A stretch of DNA of 25,562 bases, taken from positions 1 to 25,562 of the forward strand of contig NIVC01000950.1 in NCBI GenBank assembly GCA_002269645.1. The letters run 5' to 3'. The stretch is from Macrostomum lignano (lineage: Eukaryota). Numbering within the stretch: the first letter of the stretch is position 1; every line of letters starts with the position of its first letter. The translations under genes and the position numbers were made by a program. A model generated the notes under the pieces. The model was not told where the DNA came from. It worked only from the letters and a program-made list of their open reading frames with translations, and made no database searches. Positions 20,625 through 25,562 of this stretch are shown here, piece after piece.

Positions 20625-21425
20625 TGGATGCTTGCTATTTAAGGATGGATACTTGCTATCAGGGGGATGCTTGCTCTTGGGGGTGGAGAGTACTTGCTAT
20701 CTGAGAGGGGGTTGCTAGATATCTATAAGGTATCTTTGTATCCAGGTTATGCTTGCTATCAGGGGTTGCTTGCTGTCTGGGGATGCTTGCTATCTGGGGG
20801 GGGGATGCTTGCTATCTAGGGGATGCTTGCTATCTGCGGGATGCTTGCTATCTGGGGGATGCTTGCTATCTGCGGGATGCTTGCTATCTGGGGGACGCTT
20901 GCTATCTGGGGTCTGGGGGAATGCTTGCTATCTGGGGATGCTTGCGATCTGGGGGATGCTTGCTATCTGAGGAATGCTTGCTATCTGGGGGATGCTTGCT
21001 ATCTGCGGGATGCTTGCTATCTGGGGGATGCTTGCTATCTGGGGTCTGGGGGAATGCTTGCTATCGGGGGATGCTTGCAGTCTGGGGGATGCTTGCTATC
21101 TGGGGATGCTTGCCATCTGGGGGACGCTTGCTATCTGGGGTCTGGGGGAATGCTTGCTATCTGGGGATGCTTGCGATCTGGGGGATGCTTGCTATCTGAG
21201 GAATGCTTGCTATCTGGGGGATGCTTGCTATCTGCGGGATGCTTGCTATCTGGGGGATGCTTGCTATCTGGGGTCTGGGGGAATGCTTGCTATCGGGGGG
21301 ATGCTTGCAGTCTGGGGGATGCTTGCTATCTGGGGATGCTTGCTATCTGGGGGATGCTTGCAGTCTGGGGATGCTTGCTATTTGGGGATCAATGCTTGAA
21401 TGTTGTCTGAGGATGCTTGCTGTCT
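20625..21425 (+). repeat. ~18-bp minisatellite GGGGATGCTTGCTATCTG
   Basis: About 40 units with variable G-runs. The variant GGGGTCTGGGGGAATGCTTGC recurs at ~20908, 21040, 21137 and 21270 (about 230-bp higher-order period). Confidence 0.95.
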
Positions 21426-21697
21426 TGGGATGTTTTGTTTTTAAGAGGGAATGTCTGTTGTTTTTTCTGAAGGCTTTATTTCGCTGTCTATTTGTTATTT
21501 GTAAAAAACAAGGATTCTATCCAGATGCCCCCCATCGGGGGGCAAAGATTGCTAGTTATATACTCAATTCAAATGCAATAAAATTAGACTTGTCTAAAAT
21601 CAATTAAATTAGCATACTAGGTTCAGTTTCTAAGCATTTTTAAAAACAATTCTAAAAAGCTAGCAGCTTTGGCCAATAAGTTCCTTAGGCTTAGAGA

Positions 21698-21979
21698 CAT
21701 ACATGTGCAACAGTTGGCTAATTAGTACGATTTGGCGGCCAACCAAGGAAGTCACAAAAATGCCCGCCCAAAAAATAACCAAGTAGTAGTACAAGTAGCT
21801 GATGAGGAATTTTGCTTAATAAGACAGTTATAGTTACTCCTGCCATTTACCCAAAGTTGCGTTAATTTTGCTTTAGGGTTTTTTTACATATAAGTCACAT
21901 TTTTGGCCAAAAACTATGTCGCTTTTTTGTTAAAACTAAGTCGCATGGCCGACCAAATTTTGGAGGTTGCGCATGTATG
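21698..21979. mobile_element. 282-bp MITE with CATACATG termini and perfect 8-bp TSD (hAT or P superfamily)
   Basis: CATACATGTGCAAC...GTTGCGCATGTATG, flanked by CTTAGAGA on both sides (21690-21697, 21980-21987). Confidence 0.88.
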
Positions 21980-22879
21980 CTTAGAGAGGTAGTTCTAGAT
22001 ATGGCTGAATGGTAAATGATAATGCTATCCTTTAGAATGTTTAATAGATAGGATTTGTTGATAAGCCACAATTTAGAGAATTTAGTAAGATGTTGATAGA
22101 TTTGCCAAGTATAGTACTGCTAGTAATAGGCCACTGCCATTACCACAGTAATTTGTATATAAAATTTGTAAGATATAATTAGCTCAAATTAGTCTAACAA
22201 CTCTTTTAATTCAATTCACTCAAAATTAATTAATGCTAACTAAGATCACAAAGGCTTGATGATAGCTAAAATAATTATTGCAGTTTAATAAATGTAATAT
22301 AACTGTGGGTGTTAAATAGTAGTAGTTTATTATTGCTCAACATTTAATTGCAAACTGAGTTATATAGCATGAAATTACTTATAATGGAAAGGAGATAATT
22401 GGTCTTTGGGTAGTATGGAGTTATAATTATGGAGCCTTAAGTATTGGAAAATTAAGAGAAAAAGATTATTTAAAAAGTCAAGGCTGCTATACACTCAGTG
22501 TGAGCATATGTGTGAGTTTGTGTCTGCATATAGACAGAATTGCCTCAATGCTAGTTGTGGGACAACACAAAATTCTTATGAATATTATTAATATGCTCAG
22601 AGTAAACTTAATCTGGTTTTAACAAATTAGAATTGCAGTTCCATTTGGCATCTAGGGTCTAGACTTAATGATTCCATTCTCAGGACACCATACTAAAAAC
22701 CAGCTGGTATACAAAGCAATTAAAATACCAACAGCTCTACCCAACCCTTTACACTGATAAGCCTTTCTGATCACTCAGAAGTTGCAAATGTCCTACAGAC
22801 TCCATGTTTACAGATTAATCAAATTTGACAATTGATAAGAAGTCTTGAAGTTTCAAAAAATCCAAATAGTTATAAAAAA

Positions 22880-23096
22880 CATACATGCGCAACCACTGAT
22901 TTACACTGGCCATGTGACTTACCTGTGAAAGAAACTCTTGAGCAAATTAATTCAAATTTTGGGTAAACGGCACGAGTAATTATGACTGTCCTATTAAAGC
23001 TAAATGCCTCGGCATCTAATTAGTACTACGTCTATTTTTTTGGGTGGCATTTTTGCGACTTACCTTGGCTGGGTCACTCATCAGCCAGCATGTATG
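22880..23096. mobile_element. Second, inverted copy of the CATACATG MITE (217 bp)
   Basis: CATACATGCGCAACC...GCATGTATG. The interior is the reverse complement of ~21738-21900. A degenerate TSD is possible: TTATAAAA(AA) / CTATAAAA. Confidence 0.75.
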
Positions 23097-23165
23097 CTAT
23101 AAAACAATAGTAGGGCTTGTTATCCTAGATTAGCCTCCATATTTGCACCTGCAGCCTGTTCAACA

Positions 23166-23609
23166 ATGACTGTTAAGCGTCGCAATCACGGACGTAGCAA
23201 GAAGGGCCGCGGCCACGTGCGCTGTGTTCGCTGCACCAACTGCGGCCGGTGCACGCCTAAAGATAAATCTATTAAGAAATTCATCATCCGCAACATTGTT
23301 GAAGCCGCCGCTGTCAGGGACATCAACGAGAACTCCGTGTACGAGGCCAACACCTACGCCCTGCCGAAGCTGTACGCCAAGCTGCAGTATTGCGTCAGCT
23401 GCGCTATCCACTCCAAGGTGGTGCGCAACCGATCGCACGAGGCCCGTAGAGATCGCACTCCGCCGCCACGGTTTGGCGGTGGCGGTGGCCCGCGAGCCCC
23501 TGGCGGCCCCGGCGGCCCAGCTGGTCCTGGCGGCCGACCCGGCGGTCCCGGACCTTCGACTGGCGGCGGCCCCGGCGGCGGTGGCCCCGGCGGATTCGGT
23601 CGTCAATAA
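23166..23609 (+). CDS. RPS26: 40S ribosomal protein S26 (eS26), CDS without introns, with Gly/Pro-rich C-terminal extension
   Basis: [47 protein letters not shown]...[25 protein letters not shown]...RTPPPRF is unmistakable eS26 with both CxxC zinc pairs. The frame is open and the stop TAA overlaps AATAAA. Confidence 0.97.
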   Translation: MTVKRRNHGRSKKGRGHVRCVRCTNCGRCTPKDKSIKKFIIRNIVEAAAVRDINENSVYEANTYALPKLYAKLQYCVSCAIHSKVVRNRSHEARRDRTPPPRFGGGGGPRAPGGPGGPAGPGGRPGGPGPSTGGGPGGGGPGGFGRQ

Positions 23610-23885
23610 ATCAGCTAACAAAATAATGTGGCAATGAAGTGAAATAATGGCAGACAGAGATTTCCCAATCTAAGGGACTGTTGGGCTGCCGAGTGATGGA
23701 AAACCCGTGTGTGCGATTGTTTGGCTTGATTATTGAAGACATTTTCACTGTCCCGTGTTTTTCCACTGTGGAAGTAGACTGACTAGGTTTGATGTTTTTT
23801 GGATGGACAAACTGTTGCGTTGGCTTCTTTTCATAGCTCTTTTTTGTAGATTAGAATAATTTTTTGTAGGCTTTTAGAGACAGTT

Positions 23886-25420
23886 TTGACCCAGATACCC
23901 AGTTTCTTGGCCAGCCTCCCAGATCCTCAGTTGCTGGGCCAGCCTCCCAGATCCTCAGTTGCTGAGCCAGCCTCCCAGATCCCCAGTTGCTGGGCCAGCC
24001 TCCCAGATCCTCAGTTGCTGGGCCAGTCTCCCAGATCCTCAGTTGCTGGGCCAGCCTCCCAGATCCTCAGTTGCTGGGCCAGCCTCCCAGATCCTCAGTT
24101 GCTGAGCCAGCCTCCCAGATCCCCAGTTGCTGGGCCAGCCTCCCAGATCCTCAGTTGCTGGGCCAGTCTCCCAGATCCTCAGTTGCTGGGCCAGCCTCCC
24201 AGATCCTCAGTTGCTGGACCAGCCTCCCAAATTCTCAGTTGCTGGGCCAGCCTCCCAGATCCACAGTTGCTGGGCCAGCCTCCCAGATCCTCAATTGCTG
24301 GGCCAGCTTCCCATATCCCCAGTTGCTGAGCCAGCCTCCCAGATCCCCAGTTGCTCCAGCCTTCCATATCCCCAGTTGCTGGGCCAGCCTCCGAGATCCC
24401 CAGTTGCTCCAGCCTTCAATATCCCCAGTTGCTGGGCCAGCCCCCCAGATCCTCAGTTGCTGGGCCAGCCTTCCAGATCCACAGTAGCTGGGCCAGCCTC
24501 CCAGATCCTCAGTTGCTGGGCCAGCCTCCCAGATCCTCAGTTGCTGGGCCAGTCTCCCAGATCCTCAGTTGCTGGGCCAGCCTCCCAGATCCTCAGTTGC
24601 TGGGCCAGCCTCCCAGATCCACAGTTGCTGGGCCAGCCTCCCAGATCCCCAGTTGCTGGGCCAGCCTCCCAGATCCCCAGTTGCTCCAGCCTCCCAGATC
24701 CTCAGTTGCTGAGCCAGCCTCCCAGATTCCCAGTTGCTCCAGCCTTCCATATACCCAGTTGCTGGGCCAGCCTCCCAGATCCCCAGTTGCTCCAGCCTCC
24801 CAGATCCTCAGTTGCTGAGCCAGCCTCCCAGATCCCCAGTTGCTCCAGCCTCCAGATCCTCAGTTGCTGGGCCAGCCTCCCAGATCCCCAGTTGCTCCAG
24901 CCCCCCAGATCCTCAGTTGTTGGGCCAGCCTCCCAGATTCCCAGTTGCTCCAGCCTTCCATATACCCAGTTGCTGGGCCAGCCTCCCAGATCCCCAGTTG
25001 CTCCAGCCTCCCAGATCCTCAGTTGCTGAGCCAGCCTCCCAGATCCCCAGTTGCTCCAGCCTCCCAGATCCTCAGTTGCTGGGCCAGCCTCCCAGATCCC
25101 CAGTTGCTCCAGCCTCCCAGATCCTCAGTTGCTGAGCCAGCCTCCCAGATTCCCAGTTGCTCCAGCCTTCCATATACCCAGTTGCTGGGCCAGCCTCCCA
25201 GATCCCCAGTTGCTCCAGCCTCCCAGATCCTCAGTTGCTGAGCCAGCCTCCCAGATCCCCAGTTGCTCCAGCCTCCCAGATCCTCAGTTGCTGGGCCAGC
25301 CTCCCAGATCCCCAGTTGCTCCAGCCCCAGATCCTCAGTTGTTGGGCCAGCCTTCCAGATCCGCAGTTGCTGGGCCAGCCTCCCAGATCCCCAGTTGCTC
25401 CACCTTCCATATCCCCAGTA
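23886..25420 (+). repeat. 28/25-bp minisatellite CCAGCCTCCCAGATCC(T/C)CAGTTGCT(GGG)
   Basis: About 55 tandem units mixing 28-bp and 25-bp forms. It explains all the ORFs in this interval. Confidence 0.97.
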
Positions 25421-25562
25421 GCTAGACTGCCGCCACCTAAGAATCAGATGAACACATTAAGCTCCCCAGGCTTAGATCCTAAATCAGCTTATTTAGTTAT
25501 CAGCTACATGTGAGCAGGTCAGCTTGCACACGTCATCCTGGCTACTCTTCTCGTTGCTTGCA

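Noticed and set aside
20749-21607. Cys/Gly-rich repeat ORFs (GDACYL)n
   Set aside because: Translations of the 18-bp minisatellite, open in all three frames.
21980-22879. Possible decayed retroelement or RPS26 upstream exon between the MITEs
   Set aside because: I could not recover any RT/endonuclease motif or a convincing donor site by hand.
23160-23637. Antisense and +1-frame ORFs over RPS26
   Set aside because: GC-rich shadow frames of a clear eS26 CDS.
23166-23700. RPS26 as a processed pseudogene
   Set aside because: The frame and zinc ligands are intact, and there is no poly(A) tract or flanking TSD; a young retrocopy cannot be fully excluded.
23886-25513. Pro/Ser/Gln-rich ORFs up to 300 aa
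   Set aside because: Translations of the 28/25-bp minisatellite, with frames switching according to unit length.

Overview
Repeat-dense eukaryotic window, probably from an invertebrate animal (judged from the RPS26 protein and GT-AG introns). The main accessory feature is a 4-exon minus-strand gene (10359->6478, about 1171 aa once a single 1-nt deletion is corrected). It encodes a divergent hAT-like (CxxH-type) DDE transposase whose C-terminus carries an RG/RGG repeat, a Spindlin (Spin/Ssty)-type Tudor domain with an apparently intact aromatic cage, and an acidic tail. Other contents: two inverted copies of a non-autonomous Helitron carrying a more than 1.2-kb polypurine tract, one inserted at an A|T site inside a 23-bp satellite; a complete Merlin element (TIRs plus 8-bp TSD) destroyed almost entirely by C->T changes with a RIP-like CpA bias; several MITEs; a tRNA-like head next to the 23-bp satellite; 18-bp and 28-bp minisatellites; and an intact RPS26 gene with no intron in its CDS and a Gly/Pro-rich tail. 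All alignments and translations outside the supplied ORF track were done by hand, and reference motifs are recalled from memory, not searched.
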